From: a virus | Reading direction: 5' to 3' (one strand) | Length of the DNA stretch: 41,208 nucleotides | Virus record (IMG/VR): IMGVR_UViG_3300005535_000011 | In this document: in pieces, positions 30,446 to 39,761 of the stretch | How the letters are laid out: every line of letters starts with the position of its first letter | Position numbering within the stretch: the stretch's first letter is position 1 | Notes under the pieces: model-generated | Seen by the model: only the letters and a program-made list of their open reading frames with translations | Database searches by the model: none | Told to the model about the DNA's origin: nothing | Made by a program: the position numbers and the translations under genes

Positions 30446-31817
30446 AATACTGTTTGGTGGTGCCCGAGGTGGTGGTAAAACAGATACAGGCCAGATATGG
30501 CTTGCTGAGCATGTCAAAAATCCCCGCTACCGTGCTCTAGTCGTACGCAAGAACTCGGATGACCTAAAGGACTGGGTTGACCGTGCGGCACGAATGTACC
30601 AAGGATTGGGAGTGCACATTGCATACAGGCCTTGGGAGCTTACCTTTCCAAGTGGCGCCAAGATTCTTACTGGCCACCTGAAAGACAAAGACGCCTACAC
30701 CAAATACCAGGGCCACGAATACCAGCGTATGCTTATTGAGGAGTTGACCCAGATACCAGATGAGCTTAGATATTTACAGCTTAAAAGCTCCAATCGTTCA
30801 ACCGTGCCAGGCCTACCAGCCCAAATGTTTGCTACTACCAACCCAGGCGGTGTCGGGCACACCTGGGTGCGTAAACGATTTGTTGACTTCGCGCCATACT
30901 ACCAAATTACCACTGATAACTTTGGTTTGCGCCGTGTATACATCCCCGCCACCATTGACGACAACCCCGCATTGAAACAAAGCGACCCTGACTATGTACG
31001 ACAACTCGAAGCCCTGAAAGAAACTGACCCTGATCTATGGAAGGCATGGCGTCTAGGAGACTGGAATATCATTGCCGGCCAAGCCTTCCGTGAGTGGAAT
31101 AGGCTTATGCATGTCACGCCGCGCTTTGACTATCCGCTTAGGGAATGCAAAAAGTTCATAGGCTTTGACTGGGGATATCATGCCCCAGGTGTTGCGGTGT
31201 GGATTGCTGTCACTCCAGAAAATAAGTACGGTGTCTCACGTGTATACGTTTATCGTGAGCTGTGGCTTACCCAAACTGACCCGAAAGAGTGGGCTAGGCA
31301 GCTCAAAATGATATCCAAGATTGATGGTGTTCGGGATATGTGGCTACCGCACGACTGCTTCAACAAAGAGATGGGCGAGAGCATCGCAAACATATTTCAT
31401 CGTGAGGGCGGCATGAACGTTAGACCCGCCACCACGCTTAAGAAAGGAGCACGGCATATGCGCAAGGCAATTATGCACTCTGTTTTGGGCGATGCGGCAG
31501 ACGGTAGGCCTTACCTACAGATTCATCCTAACTGTGGACAACTGGCCAGTTCCATACCTGAGCTTATTAACGACGATACCGACCCAGAAGACATTGACAC
31601 CGAAGGGCCTGACCACGGGTACGACGCCCTAACAGAGGCTTTAATGATGGAAGTACCAAGCTTTGGACATTCCAGCGGCATACGGCAGAGTGATGCGCCT
31701 TATTTGCAGCCAGTTCGCTTCCATGCGCTACCTGATGGCTCTATATTGCCACCTGATATCATGGACGCGGTGAAACACTATCAGTCCATGCCGGAGCGTC
31801 GCCCGGTATCTAGGTAA
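30381..31817 (+). CDS. terL: terminase large subunit (478 aa)
   Basis: N-terminal GPQ..(14)..ILFGGARGGGKT Walker A, typical of TerL. Size and position (upstream of lysis/portal/capsid genes) fit. Confidence 0.85.
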   Translation: MIWKAQAGPQTMALQVPDSVNEILFGGARGGGKTDTGQIWLAEHVKNPRYRALVVRKNSDDLKDWVDRAARMYQGLGVHIAYRPWELTFPSGAKILTGHLKDKDAYTKYQGHEYQRMLIEELTQIPDELRYLQLKSSNRSTVPGLPAQMFATTNPGGVGHTWVRKRFVDFAPYYQITTDNFGLRRVYIPATIDDNPALKQSDPDYVRQLEALKETDPDLWKAWRLGDWNIIAGQAFREWNRLMHVTPRFDYPLRECKKFIGFDWGYHAPGVAVWIAVTPENKYGVSRVYVYRELWLTQTDPKEWARQLKMISKIDGVRDMWLPHDCFNKEMGESIANIFHREGGMNVRPATTLKKGARHMRKAIMHSVLGDAADGRPYLQIHPNCGQLASSIPELINDDTDPEDIDTEGPDHGYDALTEALMMEVPSFGHSSGIRQSDAPYLQPVRFHALPDGSILPPDIMDAVKHYQSMPERRPVSR

Positions 31818-31819
31818 TA

Positions 31820-31828
31820 TGATATAAT
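31820..31828 (+). promoter_or_regulatory. Extended -10 promoter TGaTATAAT upstream of the lysis cassette
   Basis: Shares the 13-mer TGATATAATAAAG with the promoter at 9070. Lies 2 nt after the terL stop. Confidence 0.45.
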
Positions 31829-31873
31829 AAAGGTACTCGTGTTAAACGGCAGTACTCTAAGTGTATTTGCCGT

Positions 31874-32233
31874 ATGCCAAATTCCCATCCAAAAGTAAAA
31901 CACCCGAGCTTCTTCCTCAAGGAAAAGCAAGGAGTTGCCAAGTTCAATAACTGGCTTGGTCTCAAGATTACAAACAAGGTCGGTACGATGTGGTGTGCCT
32001 ATGTCTTCGTACTGCTCGACCTGTTAATGCTTCCGCCCGTTATAAAGAGCCACGACCTCATTACGTGGGTCACATATATCGCGCAGACTGTTATTCAGCT
32101 CGTACTGTTACCTGTTATTATGGTTGGTCAAAACCAACAGCAAGAGGCCAAAGATGCGTCGGATAGCGCCATGCATCAAGCCCTCACCCATGTCGCTACA
32201 ACAGTTGATGAAATTAATCAGAAACTGAAGTAG
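31874..32233 (+). CDS. membrane protein, holin candidate (119 aa)
   Basis: Two hydrophobic helices (MWCAYVFVLLDLLMLPPVI and WVTYIAQTVIQLVLLPVIMVG). Immediately upstream of the endolysin and preceded by TGaTATAAT. Confidence 0.45.
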   Translation: MPNSHPKVKHPSFFLKEKQGVAKFNNWLGLKITNKVGTMWCAYVFVLLDLLMLPPVIKSHDLITWVTYIAQTVIQLVLLPVIMVGQNQQQEAKDASDSAMHQALTHVATTVDEINQKLK

Positions 32234-32276
32234 TTTTTAAAGCATAATTGTTATATAATAAGCATAAGGAGCAAGA

Positions 32277-32891
32277 ATGGATTATCAGGGATGGAAAGCA
32301 AGCGTCTTGGGCAAAGTCCTGGGCGATGGCCAGTGTGCGGCCGTGGTTGTCAATAACGACCAAAGCTATACGGCCGCCCTTTTCCCAGGGGTTAATTGGG
32401 AATCAGTATTTGCGCCGGTCGAATCTGCTAAGCAGCTGTTGACTGACAATAACACTCACTATTTGGTAGCGATCGAAAACGATCACAACGACCCCAATCA
32501 GTTGCCACAGCAAGGCGACATTATGGTTTTCGACTCCACCCCGTCGGCTGGATATTCGGACGCATACGACAACCCGTACGGACATACGGGTGTTTGTGAT
32601 GGTGCCTCTTCAGCTGGCTACACGCTTGTCCAGCAGAACGCACCCTACTTCGGTAGCCCGGTAAACGTAACCACCTACCCGTGGCATTTCCGGCCATGTC
32701 TTGGCTGGCTGCGTCCGGTAAGCGTATCGGTTCCAGAATATTACACCGTACAGCCCGGGGACACGGTTTACGGTATCTGTGAGCAGAACGGAATCAGTAT
32801 TGACAATGGCTACCAGGCATTCCGTGATCTGAATCCACAGATTTCGGATATTAATCTCATCTATCCAGGTGAGCACGTAAGAGTTAAGTAA
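32277..32891 (+). CDS. endolysin, CHAP peptidase domain + C-terminal LysM (204 aa)
   Basis: CHAP catalytic Cys in DGQCAAVV and His in YGHTGV. C-terminal LysM pattern YYTVQPGDTVYGICEQNGISIDN..FRDLNP...INLIYPGEHVRV. AAGGAG RBS. Confidence 0.8.
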   Translation: MDYQGWKASVLGKVLGDGQCAAVVVNNDQSYTAALFPGVNWESVFAPVESAKQLLTDNNTHYLVAIENDHNDPNQLPQQGDIMVFDSTPSAGYSDAYDNPYGHTGVCDGASSAGYTLVQQNAPYFGSPVNVTTYPWHFRPCLGWLRPVSVSVPEYYTVQPGDTVYGICEQNGISIDNGYQAFRDLNPQISDINLIYPGEHVRVK

Positions 32892-32902
32892 AGGAGAATA
32901 CA

Positions 32903-33193
32903 ATGGACGATTTAAGAGTAAAAGTACACGAGGCAGTTGACGTATTAGTAGATTTCTTGCATGGCGTGGTTGCTCAAGTTGAGGGTACACCGGCTGAGCA
33001 GAATCAGGCCGAGCCACCGGAAGTAGAAGACGAAGTGCAAGCAACCGTTCCTGTCGAATCCCCAGAAGTACCAGATAGCGTAGCCAACACTCCGGTCGGC
33101 ACCGCTCCAGTACCGCCCCAAGACCCGAATCCTGTAACTCCGGCCCCTGACCCGATCGCAGTAGCTCCAGAGGTAACGAGCAATGCAGCCTAA
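32903..33193 (+). CDS. acidic Pro/Glu-rich protein (96 aa)
   Basis: AAGGAG RBS, within the lysis cassette. Confidence 0.5.
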   Translation: MDDLRVKVHEAVDVLVDFLHGVVAQVEGTPAEQNQAEPPEVEDEVQATVPVESPEVPDSVANTPVGTAPVPPQDPNPVTPAPDPIAVAPEVTSNAA

Positions 33194-33524
33194 TAAACCT
33201 ATCGAATTAGAGCCGCCAAAGAATCCCAGTACGCTCGAAAACAAAGAAGTTGCCCAAGCCCCTATAGTATTCGTGCCAGGTGTCACACCAATGCCAGACA
33301 ATAGCGTAGTGGTGCAGCCTAATGTTTTGGTTCAAGATGTCGAGAAGGCAGCAACTAGTATCAAACAGCACTATACAAGCCCTGCCTTTTGGTATCACGC
33401 CTTCTTGCAGGCTATGGTATGGCTATCTTACTTCCAAACCGTCAGTTCGACGGTCAAGCTTGGAAGTATCGCTGCATCTGTAGCAGGTTTTGCGGCTTAC
33501 TTAGTCCACCTTATGAGTAAGTAG
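33183..33524 (+). CDS. membrane protein (113 aa), holin/spanin-like candidate
   Basis: C-terminal hydrophobic helices (FLQAMVWLSYF and LGSIAASVAGFAAYLVHL). 11-nt overlap with the upstream gene. Confidence 0.45.
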   Translation: MQPNKPIELEPPKNPSTLENKEVAQAPIVFVPGVTPMPDNSVVVQPNVLVQDVEKAATSIKQHYTSPAFWYHAFLQAMVWLSYFQTVSSTVKLGSIAASVAGFAAYLVHLMSK

Positions 33525-33525
33525 C

Positions 33526-33834
33526 ATGTTGGTGCCAGCACACCTCCGCAAAGACAATAGCATCCCAGTGATTACCATCGGGCTAGACAGCAATAGCGAC
33601 GGTATACTGAAAAAATTTAAATGCTCTGTCTGCGGAGGTACCGTGTTTGGCTACTATGATCACCTGAAGTTCGTGTTGCCAGTGGACGCCACATCTGAGG
33701 TTAAGAGCACTGGCACTGGGAGTGAGCTTTTTCGCACTAGCCCTGTTCCGCTAGAAGAGATACAATGTTCGCATAGATACCGAGTAGACGGGTACAGGGT
33801 GAATTGTCACGCTATTTACGTGATTATGAGGTAA
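33526..33834 (+). CDS. hypothetical Cys-containing protein (102 aa)
   Basis: Starts 1 nt after the upstream stop. Contains CSVCGG. Confidence 0.5.
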   Translation: MLVPAHLRKDNSIPVITIGLDSNSDGILKKFKCSVCGGTVFGYYDHLKFVLPVDATSEVKSTGTGSELFRTSPVPLEEIQCSHRYRVDGYRVNCHAIYVIMR

Positions 33835-33837
33835 TCC

Positions 33838-35973
33838 ATGGACCCGATCATTACTCCTATTGACTTCTATCCAGAGGTGCCGTCATTCAATACGGCACGA
33901 AATGATGAAGTTACCGACTTTACACCGCGCTATCAGCTACCACTATCTGACGCTGATATGTATTCCCTTATCCAACAAAAGCGCCAGGCCGCCCGGGACT
34001 TTCGCGACTCAACGGTTAAATGGGATGAGCGCCGTGCTCGGAACCGTGACTATTGGCGCGGCAGGCACTATTCGCAGGATACGGGTATGCCGGATGAGGC
34101 CTACTACTCGGGCTACATTGACCCAATGATTTACGAGAATGCCGAAACACGTTTCAAGCTGGCGTCGCAACGTATGCCAGATATCATAGTCACGGCCCAC
34201 GATGACAATAACCTAGCGCTTGAATCAGCTAACGTCGTCGAGCAATTCCTGCGCAAGAAAGTCGGTAACAAAGTCACCCAACGTATGCTTAAGAATGGGC
34301 TACGCCAACGAGAGATTAACTTTACGGCAGCAGTTAAATGTATTTGGAATCCTAATCTGTCTAGCGGAAACGGTGACTTTACTTACTATCTTGTCAATCC
34401 GTCAAGGCTTATCCTAGACCCCACCGCCATTTATCCCGACGATGGCTACACCGCCGATAACATGGAATTTATCGGCGAAATTCTCGAGGAGCCTGTTGAA
34501 ATGATCTATGCCAAGTTCCCAAACAAGGCGACCCAACTTAAGCAAATGATCGAACTAAGCGCCATTAATGGCCTCGGTCGCCCCTCAAAGCTTAAATACG
34601 AAGAGTGGTGGCTCCGCTACTACAAGAATGGCCAGACATACGAGGGCACGGTCTGGCTTTACCAAACACTCATCCTAGGACAGCAGCGAAATCCCTATTA
34701 CGATTGGGAGGGCTATAAAGTGTACAAGCCTCGCGTCGAAAAGGACGGGAGCTACAAGACAACGGCCACACTCGATTCTGAAACGAGGTTTTATAACTAC
34801 TTCGAAATACCGCGCAAGCCGTACATATTCCTTACGTATCAGAACCTTGGCGAAAGCCCGTATGATGACACGACGGCTATTGAACAGGCTATCCCAACTC
34901 AGCGTCTTGTAAACCGCACAGGGAGACAGATTGTTGAGATATCTGCAAATGCAGTTCCTAAAAAGGTATTCGGCAACCTTATTACTAAAGAAGATGCACG
35001 CCGCATTTCTAACGACCCTGACGAGTCTATCTGGCTTGACGCGCCTGACGTATCCAAAGCGATGACCTGGATACAAGCTAATCCGCCTGCGCCTGAGCTA
35101 TTTAATCTGCTCACCTACGCAGGTCAGCGAATGGATGGTATCTTTAACACCCACGGCCCCATTAAAGGACAAGAAGCTGCAAATGACGAATCGGGTATTG
35201 CCAAGCAAATTACTCGCGAGGGCGACCTTACATCCTCTGATGACTTGGTAGACATCGTTGTGGAGCGGGTCATATTTGAAATGGCTGGTTGGGCTATGCA
35301 AATGGCTAAAATGTTCTACGATGAGCCCCACTTCATAAAGCTTACTGGCGAATCGGGTACGATCATGACCCGCGAGCTTACCAAGAAAGATTTCCGCGAC
35401 GGTATCGAGGTAGATGTTAAGGCTAATTCGGTTGACGCCGCAACAAATCGTGCCGATGCTCTAAACATGATGAGCCGCAAGGCCATTGACCCGCTCACCG
35501 CCTTCGAGGATATGGACAAACCAAACGCCAAGGAACGTGTGCGCCGTTGGATAGCATTTATGAACGGAGCTAACGACGGTTATGCATCATACCTGAAGGA
35601 GCTGGGCATTGATCTTGAGAGTACAAGCAACATGCAACCGCCGTTTACGCCAGGTGGTGACCAAACTGAGGCCGCAGATCAGGCGCAAAAGGATATTACC
35701 CAAATGACGCAGGGTACTATCATTGCTCCACCTGACAAATTCGACCAAACGTACGTTGCTGCGTTTGTCAGCTTCATACGATCGGGCCAATTCCAGAGCC
35801 TACCACAAGATATTAAGAAGAATTTCCGCGACTTCGTACAGCAACTCTCCCAGAATTTCCAGAACTTCCAAGTAAATACACCGGGCTCGGCATTTAACCA
35901 AGGGCCGGTAGTGGGTACGCCTCAAATGGCAGGAGTGCCGGCTACGCCACCAGCTTTACCAGGAGGACAATAG
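33838..35973 (+). CDS. putative portal protein (711 aa)
   Basis: Largest ORF between terminase and scaffold/capsid, GAGG RBS, size in the portal range. Called by position and size only. Confidence 0.55.
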   Translation: MDPIITPIDFYPEVPSFNTARNDEVTDFTPRYQLPLSDADMYSLIQQKRQAARDFRDSTVKWDERRARNRDYWRGRHYSQDTGMPDEAYYSGYIDPMIYENAETRFKLASQRMPDIIVTAHDDNNLALESANVVEQFLRKKVGNKVTQRMLKNGLRQREINFTAAVKCIWNPNLSSGNGDFTYYLVNPSRLILDPTAIYPDDGYTADNMEFIGEILEEPVEMIYAKFPNKATQLKQMIELSAINGLGRPSKLKYEEWWLRYYKNGQTYEGTVWLYQTLILGQQRNPYYDWEGYKVYKPRVEKDGSYKTTATLDSETRFYNYFEIPRKPYIFLTYQNLGESPYDDTTAIEQAIPTQRLVNRTGRQIVEISANAVPKKVFGNLITKEDARRISNDPDESIWLDAPDVSKAMTWIQANPPAPELFNLLTYAGQRMDGIFNTHGPIKGQEAANDESGIAKQITREGDLTSSDDLVDIVVERVIFEMAGWAMQMAKMFYDEPHFIKLTGESGTIMTRELTKKDFRDGIEVDVKANSVDAATNRADALNMMSRKAIDPLTAFEDMDKPNAKERVRRWIAFMNGANDGYASYLKELGIDLESTSNMQPPFTPGGDQTEAADQAQKDITQMTQGTIIAPPDKFDQTYVAAFVSFIRSGQFQSLPQDIKKNFRDFVQQLSQNFQNFQVNTPGSAFNQGPVVGTPQMAGVPATPPALPGGQ

Positions 35974-35974
35974 C

Positions 35975-36334
35975 ATGAAATCGTATCATGGGCCGACACC
36001 AGTTACATCAGAGGACATAAAAATGGCCAAGAAGCACCTTACAGACACGCTGAAGCTCAAAAAACAGGAGCTGAAACTTAATAATAAGAAAATCACTGAC
36101 CATAAACAGGCCATATCCGGCAATTCTAACCCGAAATCAGTCTCTTACAACAAAGATCATGTGGAAGGCCACGTAAAAGACAACAAAAAGATTAAAGATG
36201 TCATTGCAGAGCGGGAGTCTTCAATGGAAACCGTTAAAACCTTGAAGCCTGACTGCACATACAACGATATGCGGAAGGCAAAGGTTAATTTAATGAGTAA
36301 GAAGGCAGGAGTTAAAAATGAGCGTTCTATCTGA
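35975..36334 (+). CDS. Lys-rich hypothetical protein (119 aa)
   Basis: AGGAGG RBS. Starts 1 nt after the portal stop. Confidence 0.55.
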   Translation: MKSYHGPTPVTSEDIKMAKKHLTDTLKLKKQELKLNNKKITDHKQAISGNSNPKSVSYNKDHVEGHVKDNKKIKDVIAERESSMETVKTLKPDCTYNDMRKAKVNLMSKKAGVKNERSI

Positions 36335-36566
36335 GTCACAAAAGAAAGCGGTACCCGAGAAACAGCAGGGTTTACCGGAAAAAGAAGGCACAGGCAGCTA
36401 CCCTATGCCAGACCGCAAGCATGCAGCGGTCGCCAAGTCTTACGCCAAGCGATTTGCTACGCCAGAGCAGCAGAAGCGTATTAATTCTAAGGCCGATAAG
36501 ATACTCGGCAAGAAAATGAGCGTCCTCGGTAATAAGGCTAAGCAGTACGGCGCGTCGACCGAATAG
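36318..36566 (+). CDS. basic hypothetical protein (82 aa)
   Basis: AGGAG RBS and 17-nt overlap with the upstream gene. Confidence 0.55.
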   Translation: MSVLSESQKKAVPEKQQGLPEKEGTGSYPMPDRKHAAVAKSYAKRFATPEQQKRINSKADKILGKKMSVLGNKAKQYGASTE

Positions 36567-36583
36567 ACTTATTATAGTACTTA

Positions 36584-36625
36584 TGGTAAAATATATGTAT
36601 ATAACAGAGGCGCGAAAATGCGGGT
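36584..36625 (+). promoter_or_regulatory. Extended -10 promoter (TGgTAAAAT, 36584..36592) + degenerate leader box AACAgaggCGCGAAAATGCGGGT (36603..36625)
   Basis: Variant of the box with a 4-nt insertion. Weaker match. Confidence 0.35.
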
Positions 36626-36875
36626 GATAAACTGGATAAAGCGTAAGTGGTATGACCACAAAGCGTGGCAGCGTTATAAGCGAAAAGTCCTAAGTGAATT
36701 TGAGCAAGCGGGATTTGTCGCTATTAAATATCGTGGTTTGCCGTTTCAGCCCGATACATTGAGCAACTCGGTTGCCGAATTAGTACAATCCCTTGACGAG
36801 GCCGATCAGCAGGCGCCAATCGACTTGCAGAAAGCCAAAATGGATATAATCAATCGAAAGTTAGGAAAGGTTTAA
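36618..36875 (+). CDS. hypothetical protein (85 aa)
   Basis: The ATG lies inside a variant of the late leader box (AAAATGCGGGT), with no SD. It is followed immediately by the scaffold gene. Confidence 0.45.
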   Translation: MRVINWIKRKWYDHKAWQRYKRKVLSEFEQAGFVAIKYRGLPFQPDTLSNSVAELVQSLDEADQQAPIDLQKAKMDIINRKLGKV

Positions 36876-36876
36876 C

Positions 36877-37671
36877 ATGCCTCCAGTACAGGGCCAACCC
36901 TACGTAGCACCACAAAATAACGATGATCTTTTGCGGGCCATCAAAGAACTCAAGAGTGATATCACCACTGAGATGGACAAGCGGTTTGAGCAACAGCAAT
37001 CAACGCTCGAAGAGCGTTTTAAACCCGTAGAAGATATACAGCAAACGCTTGAACAGGCACGTCAAAACCAGCAGCAGCTTGTAGAGCGTCAGCAGCAACA
37101 GCAACAGACCCAGTGGCAGCCGAAGAGTTGGGATGAGCTTATGAAACGTAGCTCAGACATGGCTTACGAGCGTATCGACCATGAACTTAAAGAGCAGCGG
37201 CAAGCGGAAGACCGTGCGCGGCAGCTGACCGCCAAAGAAGAGGCAGACTTGGAGGCTGACATTGACCGACAACTTAATGCGCTGGAAAAAAGCGGATATC
37301 TTCCTCCTGTCGGTAATCCTAACGATTATAATGACCCTGGTGTTGCAACTCGTCGTGAACTTCTAGGCGCGGCTTCCCATATGGGTACGCCAGAACTTGA
37401 CAAGGTAGCCGATACATTGGCCCAAATGCATAAAAGCAACATGATTTTTGACCCGCAGACCAAGACGTATAAAGACGCCACGGGTACGGTCGCACCATTA
37501 CCCGGAAAGTTTGCGCCAGTCGGCAACAGCTCAAGCCATGCACCGAGTGGCTGGAGCGGCCCAAGCTCCGCCGAAATACATAGTATGAGTTCAGATGAGC
37601 TTATCCAACTCGCCCAAATGCGGGGCTATGGCCCAGTACCTGCTACCTCGTACAACGATACTGGCTTTTAG
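36877..37671 (+). CDS. putative scaffolding protein (264 aa)
   Basis: Gln/Glu/Arg-rich coiled-coil composition (QQQQQQTQ, EQRQAEDRARQL). Located directly upstream of the capsid gene. Confidence 0.5.
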   Translation: MPPVQGQPYVAPQNNDDLLRAIKELKSDITTEMDKRFEQQQSTLEERFKPVEDIQQTLEQARQNQQQLVERQQQQQQTQWQPKSWDELMKRSSDMAYERIDHELKEQRQAEDRARQLTAKEEADLEADIDRQLNALEKSGYLPPVGNPNDYNDPGVATRRELLGAASHMGTPELDKVADTLAQMHKSNMIFDPQTKTYKDATGTVAPLPGKFAPVGNSSSHAPSGWSGPSSAEIHSMSSDELIQLAQMRGYGPVPATSYNDTGF

Positions 37672-37726
37672 TTGACAATCCTTTTATAGTTATACTAAAA
37701 TATAGTTAACACGCGGATATGCGGTT
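37672..37726 (+). promoter_or_regulatory. Capsid promoter TTGACA(37672..37677)-18 nt-TAAAAT(37696..37701) + late leader box AACACGCGGATATGCGGTT (37708..37726)
   Basis: Consensus -35 element with 18-nt spacing and a good -10 element. The box starts 6 nt after the -10 element. Confidence 0.6.
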
Positions 37727-37746
37727 TCTCTAACAAAGGAAACCGC
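37721..37746 (+). promoter_or_regulatory. Leader hairpin GCGGTTTC-N10-GAAACCGC enclosing the capsid gene SD
   Basis: Perfect 8-bp stem. The 5' arm is the end of the leader box, the loop and 3' arm contain AAAGGA, and the stem ends 1 nt before ATG 37747. Confidence 0.45.
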
Positions 37747-38832
37747 ATGTATTTCCCTGAAGCAGTCCTTGCGACAACTCAAAACTACCTGCTACCTAAA
37801 GTAGCGGACAACTCGTTCCACAGCAACATCGTCGGTCTTCGCTGGATTGGTCGTGGCAAGCCTGGCAAAGGTGAGTCCATCAAGAAGCCGATTAAATACG
37901 CCCTGTCTGGCTACGCAACCTCGTTTGCTGGCTTGGACAGCTTTGTGGCATCTCAGTTTGTCACGAAAGTACGTATGTCATACGACATGCGCGGCGTACG
38001 CATTCCTATCGCCCTTGACGGCATGGAAGGTGTCGCTAACCAGAACAGCCAAGACTTACAAATCACCGACCTCGTTAAGGAAACTCTTGACGAAGCAACT
38101 ATGGAGCTTTCTGACGCTCTCGGCGGCTACTTGTACGGTACTGGCCTCGGCAACTCAAATAAAGACCCTATTGGTCTTGGCGCAATCGTAGACGACGGCT
38201 CCAACGTAACCTACATCGGTTACTTGTCACGCACCACCTATCCGGTGCTGAAAGCTACGCGAAACTCTGCTACCAACGGTGCAGTAAGCTTCCCGCAGCT
38301 GGCAACAGTCTACTCTGCAATCTCTGACGGTTCAGACATGAGCACCCCAACACTGGGCGCGGCAAACAACACCACCTGGGACTACATGGAGCAGCTTTAC
38401 TCGCCCTCTATCCGTGAACAATACTCACAACTTGGCTACTACAATGTTGGTCTCGGCCCTATCGCCCGCGCACCACAGCAAGGTTTGGTAGGTAAGGGCG
38501 GATTCGTAGCAATCACCTACCGTGGCGTACCAATCGTTCGTGACCAAAAATGCCCGAGCGGTAACGTCTACCTACTGAACGAAAACTGGATTGAATGGTA
38601 CGGTTGGGACCCGAAGGGCCTGTTTGGCTACAATTCGGTCAAGATGGGCACAAGCACCGTTGAAGGTCTGTACTCTGAGTATCCGATGAGCCAATGGAGC
38701 GGTTTCGGCTGGTCTGGCTTCCGAGCCCCGTACAACCAATTCGCAGGTGTAGCAGATATTATCTTGCTCGGCAACTTAATGAGCTGGCAGCCACGCCGCA
38801 ACGGTTTGCTGTACGGCGTAACAGGAGTATAA
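37747..38832 (+). CDS. putative major capsid protein (361 aa)
   Basis: Follows the scaffold-like gene. It has the only full TTGACA-18-TAAAAT promoter plus a leader box. The size is typical of HK97-fold capsid proteins. No motif-level proof. Confidence 0.6.
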   Translation: MYFPEAVLATTQNYLLPKVADNSFHSNIVGLRWIGRGKPGKGESIKKPIKYALSGYATSFAGLDSFVASQFVTKVRMSYDMRGVRIPIALDGMEGVANQNSQDLQITDLVKETLDEATMELSDALGGYLYGTGLGNSNKDPIGLGAIVDDGSNVTYIGYLSRTTYPVLKATRNSATNGAVSFPQLATVYSAISDGSDMSTPTLGAANNTTWDYMEQLYSPSIREQYSQLGYYNVGLGPIARAPQQGLVGKGGFVAITYRGVPIVRDQKCPSGNVYLLNENWIEWYGWDPKGLFGYNSVKMGTSTVEGLYSEYPMSQWSGFGWSGFRAPYNQFAGVADIILLGNLMSWQPRRNGLLYGVTGV

Positions 38833-38835
38833 GAA

Positions 38836-39636
38836 ATGCATCTAGCAGGAAACGCAACAGTACAAGAGTTTGACCCCTACCAGCAGCAACAGGCCGGTAC
38901 AGTGACAGGACCTGTCACTGGCTCACAGTTCCAGTACGCCAACACGCATCACCTTGGCGAGAAGGTTGACCTGGCAGACGGCCGCTCATTTCGGTACGGT
39001 ATTGTAAACGGCTCAACTAACCTCGTAGCCGGTACCCTGAACCTACCCCCGGCAGAGAAGGCCAACCACTACGAAATCAACCCGGCTTCCGCAGTCACCA
39101 ACTTTACGACCGTAAACAGCCTGACCGTTACACTGGGAGCTACGGCCGCAACTGCCGGTGAGTACAACGAGGGCCAGCTGATATTCAGCTCGGGCAACAA
39201 CCAAGGCATGACTTACGGAATCTCCTACAACCCAGCCGCAAGTTCCAGCGCAAGTCTTACGCTGACGCTTTACGACTTCTTGCAGAACTCCGTAGCGACA
39301 GGTGATACGGTTGATCTGGTGCACAACCAATGGATTAACGTAGTTCAGAGTGCTGCATCCGCATCATCCCAAACTACACGACCGGCCGGTGTGGCTATGG
39401 TGTCAGCCACGACTAACTACGGTGTCTGGCTAGCTACAAAGGGCATTGCCCCATGTATCGCAGACGGAACGGTTGCGGTTGGTACTGAACTCGTAGCATC
39501 CAGCGGCACAGCCGGTGCGGTTACTGGCCGATCGACGACCTGGAGCACCGCAGTAGCCCAAATCGTGGTCGGTAAGGCTGGCCTGCAATCGGTGATTGCT
39601 ACCAACTCTAAACCGATGCTGTTGAGCATTGACTAA
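38836..39636 (+). CDS. virion protein, possible head decoration/auxiliary capsid protein (266 aa)
   Basis: AGGAG RBS, directly after the capsid gene. Ala/Thr/Gly/Ser-rich beta-type composition. Confidence 0.45.
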   Translation: MHLAGNATVQEFDPYQQQQAGTVTGPVTGSQFQYANTHHLGEKVDLADGRSFRYGIVNGSTNLVAGTLNLPPAEKANHYEINPASAVTNFTTVNSLTVTLGATAATAGEYNEGQLIFSSGNNQGMTYGISYNPAASSSASLTLTLYDFLQNSVATGDTVDLVHNQWINVVQSAASASSQTTRPAGVAMVSATTNYGVWLATKGIAPCIADGTVAVGTELVASSGTAGAVTGRSTTWSTAVAQIVVGKAGLQSVIATNSKPMLLSID

Positions 39637-39761
39637 TGGCAAACATAGAGGTAACAGTCGAAACTTTAGAAAAGGAGGACGGGAGCGATTTACACGAATC
39701 CCGTCCCCAAAACCCTGAAGTGACGGTTGAGATCGCAGGAGTAGAAAATGATGTACTTTGA
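39636..39761 (+). CDS. small acidic protein (41 aa), not in ORF track
   Basis: MANIEVTVETLEKEDGSDLHESRPQNPEVTVEIAGVENDVL. TAATG coupling to the upstream stop and 14-nt overlap with the next start. It fills the gap exactly. Confidence 0.4.
   Translation: MANIEVTVETLEKEDGSDLHESRPQNPEVTVEIAGVENDVL

Noticed and set aside
32610-33301. Minus-strand ORFs 32610..33044 and 32945..33301
   Set aside because: They are antisense to the endolysin and downstream lysis-cassette genes, which have clear motifs and RBSs.
39677-39706. Hairpin GGACGGGA-N14-TCCCGTCC as a terminator after gene 38836..39636
   Set aside because: No U-tract follows. It lies inside the gap-filling 41-aa ORF, and the next gene is only 40 nt downstream in the same operon.
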